A DNA stretch of 64,000 nt from Paraspadella gotoi (lineage: Eukaryota; Animalia; Chaetognatha). Position 1 is the stretch's first letter, and each line of letters begins with the position of its first letter. Under the pieces are notes generated by a model. The model was not told where the DNA came from and made no database searches. It saw nothing but the letters and a program-made list of their open reading frames with translations. The DNA lies in NCBI GenBank assembly GCA_051294375.1, contig CM119266.1:6155431-6219430 (forward strand), in the 5' to 3' direction. This document shows, in pieces, positions 1-12,400 of the stretch. A program made the position numbers and the translations under genes.

Positions 1-411
1 GCACTGACTTAACAATTCGTTTTATGAATGATTCATTCGGTGAAAAAATCTAGTAATCCTTATTTATATTTTCTTTTAACCCGAATTATTCAGTAATCTA
101 TTGATTAATTTGATATCAGAAGTTAACGAAAGCGAACATAAATTGAGTTTACCTCAATAAATGATAATCATTATAATATACAAATATGTATATATATATA
201 TAATTTCTATAATATGAAGCATAAATCGTAAAACCGCGAATGATGACAATAATAGTTCATCGCTTATTTCTTTTCTCCCAAATTTTGATTGACTCGTTTT
301 TTGAGTGTAAGGTTATTATCCTCATTGTTTTTGGTATTTATATTTATTGTTTTCCTTTTAACCTTCTTTTTTTCCCGTCTGCTTCATCATTCTTTCATAT
401 TCTTATCGTCG

Positions 412-490
<79 letters not shown>

Positions 491-694
491 CTTATCCTTT
501 TCGTTCATTTAAAGGTTATTTTTGAATTTTTGGTTTGAAATTTTAAAGAAAAGAAATTGACGAAAATATTCAGGAATTGTAGTTTTAAATTTGATTATTT
601 GTTTTTAAAGTTTATGAAAGTTGAAATTGTAAAAAAATTCGGGCGGACGCACAAGCTCGTTTAATTTTAGGAGTCTTAGTTATTTTTCTTTCTT

Positions 695-782
<88 letters not shown>

Positions 783-1863
783 TCTCTTCTCTCCTCTCTC
801 TCTCTCTCTCTGTTTCGGAAGAATGAATGTATAACCGAGTTTATTAACTATTCACTATTGCAGTTAAACGGGGAGTGAATTGCTTCGTCAAGGGTCAAGC
901 CAAGAAATTTGCAAAAGGGAACTGGGAGGAAGAGGAGCGAAGAGGCTCAGGTCTGACCCCAAATCGGCCGGGCGTTGTCTTCGATATAACCGGATCGGAA
1001 AAAATAAAACTTCTGACCAAGAATAAATGTATTTATCGAATCAAAAGCTCAGACCGTCGTTGTCGTCGTCGTCGTCGTCAAAAGGAACATTGAGATTAAC
1101 TTATCGATTCGAGATTCGATTTTAACAATAAATTCTCGCTCAAAGATTTATCAGTTTATTGTAAGACGGCGCGACGGTTTTTTTTATGTCGGCGTTTAGA
1201 ATTTCGATATATATATTAATTATAAAACACGTCGTTTCTTCGATGTATATCTTTATCGATTATCGGACACATCATCTTGGACAACGAAACTCAATTATTT
1301 TTTAATTCACATCTATAACTTGAACTAGTTATAAATTTGGTAAAAAGATATTCATTTCCTTTTTTGTACTTGAGTATCGTTCTGTAAGTTGGACTAGTTT
1401 TTAATCAAATTTATAAATTCAAAACATTTAATGGCATAAAATTTATTCATACATCATCGTCTTTCAATGGGATTTTCTTATCGTTCAACCATCATAACGT
1501 CAGAGCTTTTTTAAATTTTTTACTCACCCATTACATTTAATAGGACGATTCTATTTTGAACCCAAAACCGAAATCCGTTGGGTGACGAAACTAAATTTGT
1601 ATTAGACCCGCGACGGTCACCCCCTCCACCCCTCGCCCCCTCTTACGGTCGCCCTTAAATCCATAAAGCTTTTTTAAATCCTTTGAAACTCAATAGAATC
1701 CAATATTCAAAACCTTTTTTTCTTTCCAAATTGCGTTAAAAAAGAAAAAGAGAAAAAGGCGCTAAATCTTTTTGAAAAAAAAAGTCTTCAGGTTTAAATC
1801 CAGATCTCTTGAAAGCAAAAATTCACCAACACGAATTTTTGTGATAAAAATTGCTCGATATAA

Positions 1864-1931
<68 letters not shown>

Positions 1932-2295
1932 CTCTCCTTCTCCTCAATCCTTCCCCCTCTTTGATATGGTCAAATTCCCAGTTTCTTCACTTCAAGCTTT
2001 TTTTTGTTTAATTGTTTATTTTTTTCACACGTGTTTTCGATAAGTGTGAATTGAAGACCTCAAGTTTTCTTTTTTTTTTTTTTTCTTTTTTTTTCTTTTC
2101 CTGAAGTGCTTAAGTTCCGACGCAAAGGCGAAATTCTTATATTGTGTTGAAAATGAACATTGAAATGACTTTTGAAATCGTGAATGGTTTCTAGATTGGG
2201 AATCTATCACTGACCGCAATTGTCGCTGTAACTCCCTTTGGTTGTTTTCTTTTGGTCAAAATGAGGCTTGTAATTAAAACAAATGATCAATCCAG

Positions 2296-3108
2296 GCGGA
2301 CGACTCCTCCACGCCTCCTTCCGCCAGCGAAGCCGCGAGGAAGAAGAAACTCGAGAGTTTGAAGAGAAACTTGAAGACCGGGACAGAATCCTTGAAGAGA
2401 GGATCCGAGAGTGTTGGCAACACTTTGAAGAGAGGCTCGGAAAGCGTTGGGAATACTTTGAAGGTAGGGCCTTAAGGCTTGAGCTTCGAAGGGAGAGATC
2501 TTGAGGGAAGTGTGCAATTCTGAAAATGAAGTTTATTGAAAATATAAGTATTGAAGACGTCTATCGCGCCACGTTTGTAAACAATTCAAAGGTATTAAAC
2601 TTTAACTACCACAAATAAAGGTCTCAGGTTTTACAACATTTAATAATTATCTCTAATTAACAATTTAAAAGAAAAAAACTTGAAGAACAAGGATTACAAA
2701 CGTTACCATAAAGCGGGCACACGAAAAAATATTAAATAGATAGATTACTGTAATATGCAAATGAGATTAAAGTGCTAAATATTATGATTTACAACTCTAG
2801 CTTGGAGATTCTTACCCACCAAACACCCAACACACCCAAAACCACAGAGACAATCCTCCCAAGTGGGCGCATCCCTCAAAAGGGGCGGATCGCAAGTCGG
2901 AGAGTCTCTCAAACGAGGCAGCTCCATCGCGGGCGCCTCTCTAAAGAGAGGAGGCGAACAAGTCGGTTCGTCGTTGAAGAGGGGAAGCGAACAAGTCGGG
3001 ACTTCTCTGAAGAAAGGAGGCGAACAAGTCGGGTCGACTCTGCGTCGAGGAACGATTCAACTCAGGGACAATCTCAAACCGGAAGTTGAAGCCGCGAAAG
3101 TCAAGTGA
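2296..3108 (+). CDS. Partial gene for an orphan protein made of about 10 tandem 11-residue repeats, G-x-[ST]-L-K-R-G-[GS]-[ES]-[QS]-V
   Basis: Exon 2296-2463 (ccag|...aag|gtagg) reads ADDSSTPPSASEAARKKKLESLKRNLKTGTESLKRGSESVGNTLKRGSESVGNTLK. Exon from 2848 (acag|) reads RQSSQVGASLKRGGSQVGESLKRGSSIAGASLKRGGEQVGSSLKRGSEQVGTSLKKGGEQVGSTLRRGTIQLRDNLKPEVEAAKVK. The phase-0 join keeps the repeat in register, and the repeats differ largely at synonymous positions. It ends at TGA 3108 or splices (aa|gtgag) to 3542-3554 (KRGS*). The 5' exons were not identified. Confidence 0.7.
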
Positions 3109-6100
3109 GAGAGGGAATGAGTTGAACGAATGGAATAAATTTCATAAAATAAGGGAAGAACAGACGAATTTATAAATGTACTAGAATAGGAAAGGTCGAA
3201 CCTTCGAAATGATGTGGAACCAACTAACGAAACAGAAAACAGCAAACAGCACTAAAATGGAAACACGTAACAGGACGAAATATCAAATAAAAAAAAAGAT
3301 TAATCCAACAAATTAACTAATAAAATAAATGAATGACCGGACTAATAATGCAACAAGAAAAAAATCCCTAGAAAATCATTTGTTGGGTCACAAAGGATCC
3401 AAAGGGTAAAGGTTCTGTGACTCTGAGTCTTGAGCTCAAATCGGAGACAAAGATCGACAAATAATAAGACTTTTGATTATTCGATTTGTGGCTTCGGGAT
3501 TCGAAACTCACTTAACTTTTTCATTCCCAAGACTTTGACAGACGAGGGTCTTAGGGACGACAACAACAACCACATATCCTCTACGATGAAAGGATCAGAC
3601 GAAATTTGGGAAACGAGTTACTGTCTGGAAATGTGATGCGAATAAAACAATGAATTTAAAGAACGGCGATTGCGTTTTACTCCAAATTTTAAAAATTAAG
3701 AATCTTCAGTCGTTAAATAATTAACCAACGATAACATCTTACATCTAACATTCAAGTTACATCTTTATCAGTGTAGTTTTTACGCTGTTGTTGATACCGT
3801 TACTGTTTTTGTTTTCAATATAAATAAATGAATTAGTTAAAAAAAAACAACAAAAAACCAACGATAACAAACTAACTAAATTCAATTCGCGAGCCCTTAA
3901 TCAATAATCAATCCCGCGTGAAATTCAAAGCCTTAGTCACCGAATCATCATCATCATCATCATCCTCGACCCGCCCTTTTCCCCTCATTTTTCTCAATTT
4001 CTTTCGTTGATCGATCACCTGGTTTTTCCTTTTTTTTCCTTTTTTTCCTTTTTCGGTTCACATCTGCCTTTTATCTTATTCTTCCAATTTCCATCCACGT
4101 CCATCCTTTTCTCCCCCTTCCTCCCCTCGCTCCGGTCTCACTCTCCAACATTAATGTTAAATTGTATTGTCCTTGTCACATTCCTTCCCTTCCCTAAAAC
4201 AATTATCTCCGTCCGTAAATTCTCATGCCTCGTGCTGTACGTTCCTCATATTCATGTTTTTATTGAACCTTCTTGTCCTGTAATAACTGTGGTTATCTTT
4301 ATCTGTTCATTCTCACTTCTTACTCAATGTCCATTACCTGTCTCACTGCACCTGTGTTACTTGCTTAACCATTATTTATAGGCATTCTATTGCCATCTCT
4401 TTTTGCCATCTCTATGCAGCATTCTATGCTTCCTCAGTCTTCCCCCCCCCTTTAACTTCTCCTCCCTCATTCCCCCTACTCCGCCCCTTAACCGCCCCAC
4501 CTCCCTCCCCTTTCCTCTCCCCCCCAGCCTTTCTTTCCCCGACTCTCACGTCGAGTCACGTGAACTAAGTCCCAACGAAGTATGGGGATTCACAGACTCA
4601 CGCCGAATCACAGCCCCGCTCTTCTATCTTCCGCCTCGGGATTTTTCACAGACGGTCGACGATTCTTGACTCTCGAATCCCTAATTCGACCGTCGGTCAG
4701 CATCCGATTTATTCCCTAGTCCCTGAATTAATTTCTAGATTCAGTTTGTCTTTAGATTCAGGATTATTCAGATTAATCACGTTATCTCTTCGGCTCCCGA
4801 CAAAAAAATAATCGTGGCCGAGATTCGCGGGAAAAAGTCGCGTCGAGTAAACAATGGAAGATTCGATCTTTTGGGGGGATCGCAAGGCGCCGTTTATCTT
4901 TGTAACCGTATTACAATATTGTAAGCGTATTAAGGTTTATTTTAACATTAAAATATAATATATACAATAAAGCAACAAAACTATCACGGAATATTCATTA
5001 TATAGACGTTTACTAAGAATTATAAGAGAAAAATTGTACGTACAATGAAATATCCGAGCATGATAGCAAGTTGCGACCAGCATCGTCAAATTTAACGAAG
5101 AGATACGATCAACATGAAACCGGTAACAGATGCGATCAAATTCGTAAGCAAATTCGGGCGCCGAAGAATTCATCTTTTGACTTGAAGAGGTTTTAATTAT
5201 GAGGCAGACTTTTTATTAAGTGATGATGATGCAATAACATTTGTGAAAAATGATAGAAAAAATATTGTAAAGTTATTCTTGAGGGTGTGGTTATTTCATA
5301 CAATTATTAAAAATCCAAGCTAGGTTTTGCTAAATTATCATAGCCATAGCCTGTTCAAAGTCAAAAAGCAAGATAGCCTAGATTAGTTAATTGATAATTT
5401 CTTTATATGGGTTGTACCACTTTCTGGAATACTATTCAAGTCGACTCTCAGTTTCTCTTCTTCTGCTTATTCTCAAACCTTCACTTAAACTTGATCCCTA
5501 TTCATTAAATTCATTCAACGAAACCCTTAAAAAATAAATTTCGCCCCAAAAACTTGAGATTCTTGCCAAAATAAATAAGAAAAAAACCCGCAGCGTTTAG
5601 TTAAAAAGTAGTATTAAGTTTTAAAACGTCGCGTAAACTTCATTTGCATCGATTTATTAGTTTTAACCCTAATCGGTTGAGCGAGGCCCAAAATTTTTTT
5701 GGCTTTACTTCAACAGCCCCTTCTTCCACCCCCCCCCACAACCAAGAAAAAAAAACGCGGGAAAAGGCAGGTCCCCTTAATTAAGAACCGACCCTATTTT
5801 TAACGACTTCAATCCATCATCTTAAAATCGGTTTTTGAACATCTCTTTTTAAATTTGTTTTCTTTAATCAGTTTACTATATTTTTTTTGTAGAAAACAAA
5901 TGAAGATTGTCAAGTTTTAATTTTTTAAATTTTTTAAAATTGTTTTATTTATTTTTTATAGTATTCTTGAGTCGATTTTCAGTACTTTCGAATCGACATT
6001 TTGTCAATCTTGTGGCGAATGTCCTGGTAAATTTAAATCTGAAGGTTACGATCGACATTTGAGAAAATGTAGTGTGAAAAGTTTGGAAGGTGGTGAAGTA

Positions 6101-8764
6101 AAATGCCTGAAACTGATTTATTGCGGTGGAAAACTAGAGACGAGTTTTGGGCGTGTAAGTTTTTGAAAGTTTTACTCATAAACTTTTATTCTAATATTTT
6201 TTAAATATTTTATAATTGAAATTTCCTTTTAAAACTACGATTCTGCAATAAAAGGAGGAAAAAATGGTATGTGAGAATAAGAGCGAAATAAAGATATAAA
6301 AAAATAAAGTAAGAAAGAAGTTTCCCATTTGATCTACCCATCATTCACGAAAGTTGTAGCCAAACGACGGAAAATCTATTGCCCTCAAAATTTTTAAAAT
6401 TTTGAAGATGGAAAAAAGCAGCAGGTTTCTCAGCCCCACCCTCCAAATAAACGAGAACTTTGAGCAATAGAATTAGCAATAGAATTCAAAACATAATCAT
6501 CACATTTAAAAATTCGTTTTTGTTAAATTTATTTGTTAAATTGTTATTTGTTAAATTTATTTATACTAAATTTTGATCTATCACTTTGAATTATCAAAAT
6601 AACAATATTAGATGATTATATTTTGTTAAATAACATTTATGAGTTATTTAAACACTCTTCAGAAGTTTTAAACTCTTACTATACCTTTGGGATCTAAACC
6701 CTCCTTCGTTCAGGTTGAAATTCCCGCCCCCCTCACGAGATAGAGCGAGAGCAAAAGCTCTTCAAGAACGAGGGGGCCTAAACCTCATTTGAGGCGAGGG
6801 GGGCCTCAGGCCTCAGGCCTCCACGAGACCGAAAGAAGTCGACTCAACCTCGAAAGAAAAAAAAAGAAGCGCGAATGAAAAATCTAAACCAGATTTCGAT
6901 TCGATTCCCTTTTGTCTATTTTTTTTGGAGGGGGGGGAACTTTGGGGGGAGGGACCAAAGGGGGAGTCAGCGAATCGACGTAGATGTTTGAGCTCTGTTG
7001 TATAGTAAGTAGGTTGTCAGATAATTTTTATATATAATTTAATATAATATATAATTTATAATTTTCCCCATGTTGACTTTTTAATAAATTAATTTTCCAT
7101 AATTTTTTACAATTTACCAATATTTAACTTTAAAAAAAAACCTACTTAAATCCGATACTAGAACGTGATTCTGTCTTCCAACGAATCTGTCATCACTCTG
7201 TCATTTAATCAGTCATCACCGAATTCAAAGAAGCGAAGACAGAAACGATTCTCGCGCGACTCGTTTTGTTTAACATTAGACTCAGACTCTCTTCTTGTTT
7301 TTTGGAGTTTTTTTGGGTTTTTTTTTAGGCTTTTTTTGTTTTGACTGTTTTTTTTTTGTTTCTTTTTATTTACCTCAAGTCTACTTTAGTCTCCGCCTTA
7401 TCGGTTCACTCAATCGTAAATGTCGCCATCTGTGATGACTCATTCATCATCACTGATTAAGCCAAAGTCAACACCTCATTTTTTTCCGGTTGTTTTATTT
7501 TTTATTTTTTTTAATACTTTTTTTGCTTTTTTGTATGTTGGTACGAAGACCTATTTTATTTCTCACGAAACTGGCTCGTTTTTTTTTTTCAAATTTAAGT
7601 AAAGTTTGTATCTTAAGGATAATAAATTTTTCTTTCGGTCTTTTCTTCACTCTTACAAGATTTGTTACCCCTTCCGGCTGACTCTCTCTCTCTCTCTCTC
7701 TCTTCCTCCTCTCTCTCTCTCTCTCTCTTACACAAGTCTTCAATTTCACATTCTTCCCCCGATTTCACAAGTGCCAATCGCCCGTATTTCTCACTTTTTC
7801 ACGTCAAAAGTGAACAAAGACTCCCCTTAAGCGACCTCCTCCTCCTTCCTCACCCCTTAATCTTAGCTACTCTTCCATAATCATTTCAATTTTAAACTTC
7901 ACCCCCCCTCTCTCTCTCTCTGACCAAAACACCATTTGCTTCACTGCTACCCAGTTACCCACAATTCTTAAAGGCCAACCCACTCTCCCTAAATCCCCAC
8001 CTGCCCATCTCAAATTCTTCACTTATTTCCCTAACAATGAAAAAGCTAAACAGTCAATACTACAAAGGTAAGGTCGGCTAGGGTTACTAACCTACCTTGG
8101 TTACGGGTTGGTAATAAGTTGGTTATTGTCAAAGTCGTTGTTGTTGTTGTCGCCGCACCACCTACTTTCTCTAAATTTCATCCTGCTCCGCTTAAATCCC
8201 CACCTGTTCTTGTCACTTGTCCTTAAATCCTCATCTGTTATTCCTGATTAAGCGCCAAATCCTCACACTCTTTCCCTTAAATCCCCACAGTCCCATCCCA
8301 ATACTTCGCTTCCCACAACCTCACAAAAAAAAATCTACAGGTATTTTCCCGCCCAATTTAAAAAAAACCTCTCAAGTTGAGCCTTTTGTTTGTTTAACTT
8401 TTAACATTTGTCATCGCTTTTCTCCACAGAGGTCGTTCGGGTTTTTCTTCATTTGTAATATTTAATTTGTTTACTTTTTAATCTTAATTTTCGGTTATTA
8501 GAAGATCGTTCATTCAATGTTCGTATCCGTTACTAAACGTTTGTTTTATCGGTCGCCTTCTTTTTAATAGTCGCTTTGGACACAAAGCAAAAAAGAATTT
8601 ACGATAATTCGATCCGATTTTGTTTTAAGCGTGAAAATCGATTTAAACGGATTTTTTTTTTTCTAGTGTGGCCCTCACCGGTCCCCAGCCTCCGGACCAA
8701 AAATTGAGGCCTAATTAGATAATGAGATGCGCAGTGGAAACAAAATGAGACGGGTAGAAAAATG

Positions 8765-8819
<55 letters not shown>

Positions 8820-9495
8820 GGTGAGAGAGTTACACAAGACTGACTCATGTTTTGAATTAATAGCTCGTCATATAAACAAAAACAAAAAGAGATGGACCGA
8901 ACGACCGATAATGTTAAAAAAATTGAACAGCTGAAAATGTCATTGTTTTTGGGATTCGATGTAAAAATCGAGTAAGACCGTGGAATGTGAGGCAACATTA
9001 AATCACAAACGCGATACTTCACCCTTTAAACGCCCGATTTTAGCCTCATGTATTCATGTTGACATAATCATAATGTCAAAGTGTTAAACGATCCTCTCTC
9101 TGTCCAAGGGAACCTGTCTCTAAACAATTTTTTTTTCTAATTGTCTCATTTATTTCCTTCTTAAGTTTCGGAATTTTTTCTCTGTTTTTTCTTTCACCAA
9201 ATTTAATCGAGTTAAAAAAATGAAATTGCTTTCTCCGCGAGAAGCGAGCGACTCAGTGAAGGAGCGAACGAACCAACGAACGAACGAACGAACGAACGAT
9301 CGTACGAATGAAAAAAGACTCAGCGAACGTACAAACAAAAATGTTTTTAAAATTGTTAAATAAGGTCACACGATTGAAGTTAACTTGATGAGGATTAAGC
9401 GTGGATATTAAGCAACAATTTAGAATTTAAATACTTAATTTATTAATTCATTTAGTAATTTATTTATTAATGTCATGAATAATTTATTCCTCCAG

Positions 9496-12400
9496 ACTCG
9501 CAAAGGCGAAACCTAAACCTGAGAAGAACGAACATTATTGCAACTGCCTCCGCGGGATCATGTTGATGTCAATTGACGACCTCAAGTGAGTTTTGTCAAA
9601 TGGATGTCGAGTTTTGTCATGTTGACATTAACCGTGAGTCATAGTTTTGAAATTAACGTTACTGATTTTTTTAAAATTAGGGATGACTTTGAGAGTTACT
9701 TTTGTCTACTTTATGTCGTTTGTCGAGTTTCATTGTTTTTTTTTCAAATTAGGGATGACTTTGAGAGTTAGTTTTGTCTACTTTATGTCGTTTATCGAGT
9801 TTCATCGTTTTGTCTCGTTAATGTTTAATATGAGTTAGTTTTATGATGTAAGATTGATATCCGGCTTTTATCATGTTGATGTTTACATTCGATACGAAAT
9901 TTTATCAAGTAACTGCCAAGTTAGTTTTTAACATAGTATTGTCATGTTCCTTTTTTCAATTCAAGAAAATTAAATTCGTTCTCTATTCAAATAATTCACC
10001 TCCTCGTCAATAAATCACGAAACGTGGTCTCTTTAACAGACACAAGGCCACCTGGTCCCTCTAACTGTGACCCCCTTATCCCATCTTTCCCCTACCCCTT
10101 CCCCAACCCCCCCTATATCCCCAAACCCCCTTCCCGACCCCATTTTCAAGGTCGCCCCTGTTTTGGCGGGCGGCGATGGCCGAATTTGTCGGTACGATGA
10201 TCTTGACGATGGTCGGTTGCGGTTCTTGCGTCGGTTACGCGGATCAGATGGACCTCGGTGAGTTGTTGTCGTTGTTGTTATTGTTCCAACGTGATTTCTT
10301 TCGCCAGATGGTTAATAAAAAACCAATTCCCCGTCGTCATTTGCGTTGACAAACGATAACGGCGATGAAATGAAGTCTTTCTCGTTATTATTATTTCCGC
10401 AGCTGTTGTGTCTTTTGTTTTTTGTTTTTTGTTTTCAATTTTAAAAATGCAAAAACGATTGATTTTTTTTTTCCAATACATCAATTGTCATCTCGAGTTT
10501 ATCGCCTCCGATCAACGGGATGTCCTTTTGTTTTTAATTAGTTTATGTTAGACATTGTGTATAAACTATCAATTTCGTTGCGTTTTGAAGTTTAGGAGAA
10601 AATACCAATAATACAATTCGTTGATAAAAACAAATAAATTGTTTTTTCTCCTAAAATTAGTTTATGTAAAAAAAAGGTTTTTCCATCATTCACGTCCCTT
10701 GAATAATGACGAGAAGAAGAATATAATAATAAGACTAGTATGAAAACCGTATCTAAACTCCTACTAAATAAGATTGAATCATTTGAAATGAACTTATCCC
10801 ATTTATTATTCCCCCCGGTTTATGCGTGATCTGGTCAAGTTGATCCTTTTAATATTCCTTCGTTAATGCCTTTTCTCACATTCTCCTTTTGAACCTCTTC
10901 GGATATCTGGTCTTTATTTTTCCTTCCTTGGCAACGGCCTTACTTTGTAAGGGAGAGTCCAGTGAGTCGAATGTAAGTTAATTCGGTAATTGTTCAGCAT
11001 TATGCTCGTTACAAAATTAAAGATTCTCAAGCAAGAAATTTCCCATGTTGCAAGAATATTAATTATATTGTAGCGTATTTTGAGTATTTAGTAAAAATAA
11101 AGGGCCAGCGGCTGGAATATTAAGGATGGCGTATAGGATATAAAAGTTATATTTTTAGAATGGAATAAGAAAGGGGATAAATCAAAGAAAAAGGGCTCTT
11201 ATGTTCTAAAAAGGTAAAAATAAGGTGATGTAAAAAACGATCCAAATTTCCGGAACAAAATTAAACAGGAATGAGACGCTTTCTCGCACACGACGACGAG
11301 CGAGATCGACCTGCACGACGCCTTCAAGGAACGCCCCCAAACCACCACTCTTCACACACCGCCACTCCCGGGCGGTTTGGATGGTGGTATTCCGGTGGAC
11401 AAGCGCTTGCCCGACGACGACGACCACGACACTGCTTGCCCCTTTCCCCAAGAAGGTGCCCAGGACTGGTTGAGGTCCGTCGGGGGTCAGGCCTTTGAGG
11501 ATCCCGGCTCCGGATCACGCCTCGACGCAATACTGGGGAAAGAGGCGGGGGTGGTTGGGAGGTTGCTTTTAGGAGAGAGACTGGACCGAAGTAAACAACA
11601 GACAGAAGCAATTGCAGACACGAGAAACCAGAACCAATAACAAGGCGAACGACCAATAATAATAATATTAATCACCTTCCAAAGCCATGGATTAACTGGA
11701 AAAAATAAAACAATATCAACACAACTTAACTACAACCATAAAAGCAATCGAACAGGAAAAAAAAAAAACAGCAGATAGTAAAGAAACTGGCAACAAAACA
11801 AAACAATAGTAAAAACGAAAAGGACAGAGTGACAACAACAAACAAAACCAAACAATACAACGACTACAAACAAAAAAAACGACAATCAAAGCCGCCTGCG
11901 GAAACAGCTGTCGGCAGCACCTGCATACGATGTAGAGCAGGCCGCCCTGGCGACGGAGATCTTCCTCGTGGCCGACGGGCATCGGCGCAGAGAGAACACG
12001 GCGAGGGATTCGACCGTGACCGTGCACCCGCCGACGGACCGACACGCCGCAAGATCACCTGTCGCCACGATGAGACCAATCCGGAAGGCGAGATACGGAC
12101 TGAAAGATGGGGGGTGGTGGGCCCGGGGCGGGGAGATGGGAGGGTGAGGATGGGTGAGTATGGGCGGGGTAATTGAAGTGAGTGTCTGTAGCAAGAATAA
12201 TTGTGGNNNNNNNNNNNNNNNNNNNNNNNNNCCGCCGTTTCTCTCGCGATGGCGGCCACGAGGAAGATCTCCGTCGCCAGGGCGCTGCTCTACATCGTCA
12301 TGCAGGTGCTGCCGACGCTGTTCCTGCAGCTGCGTTTGATGTTTTTTTTNNNNNNNNNNNNNNNNNNNNNNNNNNNNNNNNNNNNNNNNNNNNNNNNNNN

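Noticed and set aside
240-812. ORFs with SLSLSL/ERERER runs here and at many other (CT)n/(GA)n tracts across the window
   Set aside because: Translations of dinucleotide microsatellites with no splice or homology support.
2283-2504. ORF-track protein MINPGG...FEERLGKRWEYF
   Set aside because: Alternative frame of the 11-mer repeat exon. The other frame splices in register with the next exon.
11206-12200. Independent genes or a second aquaporin in the ORFs of this region
   Set aside because: Indel-rich inverted copy of the neighbouring aquaporin exons.
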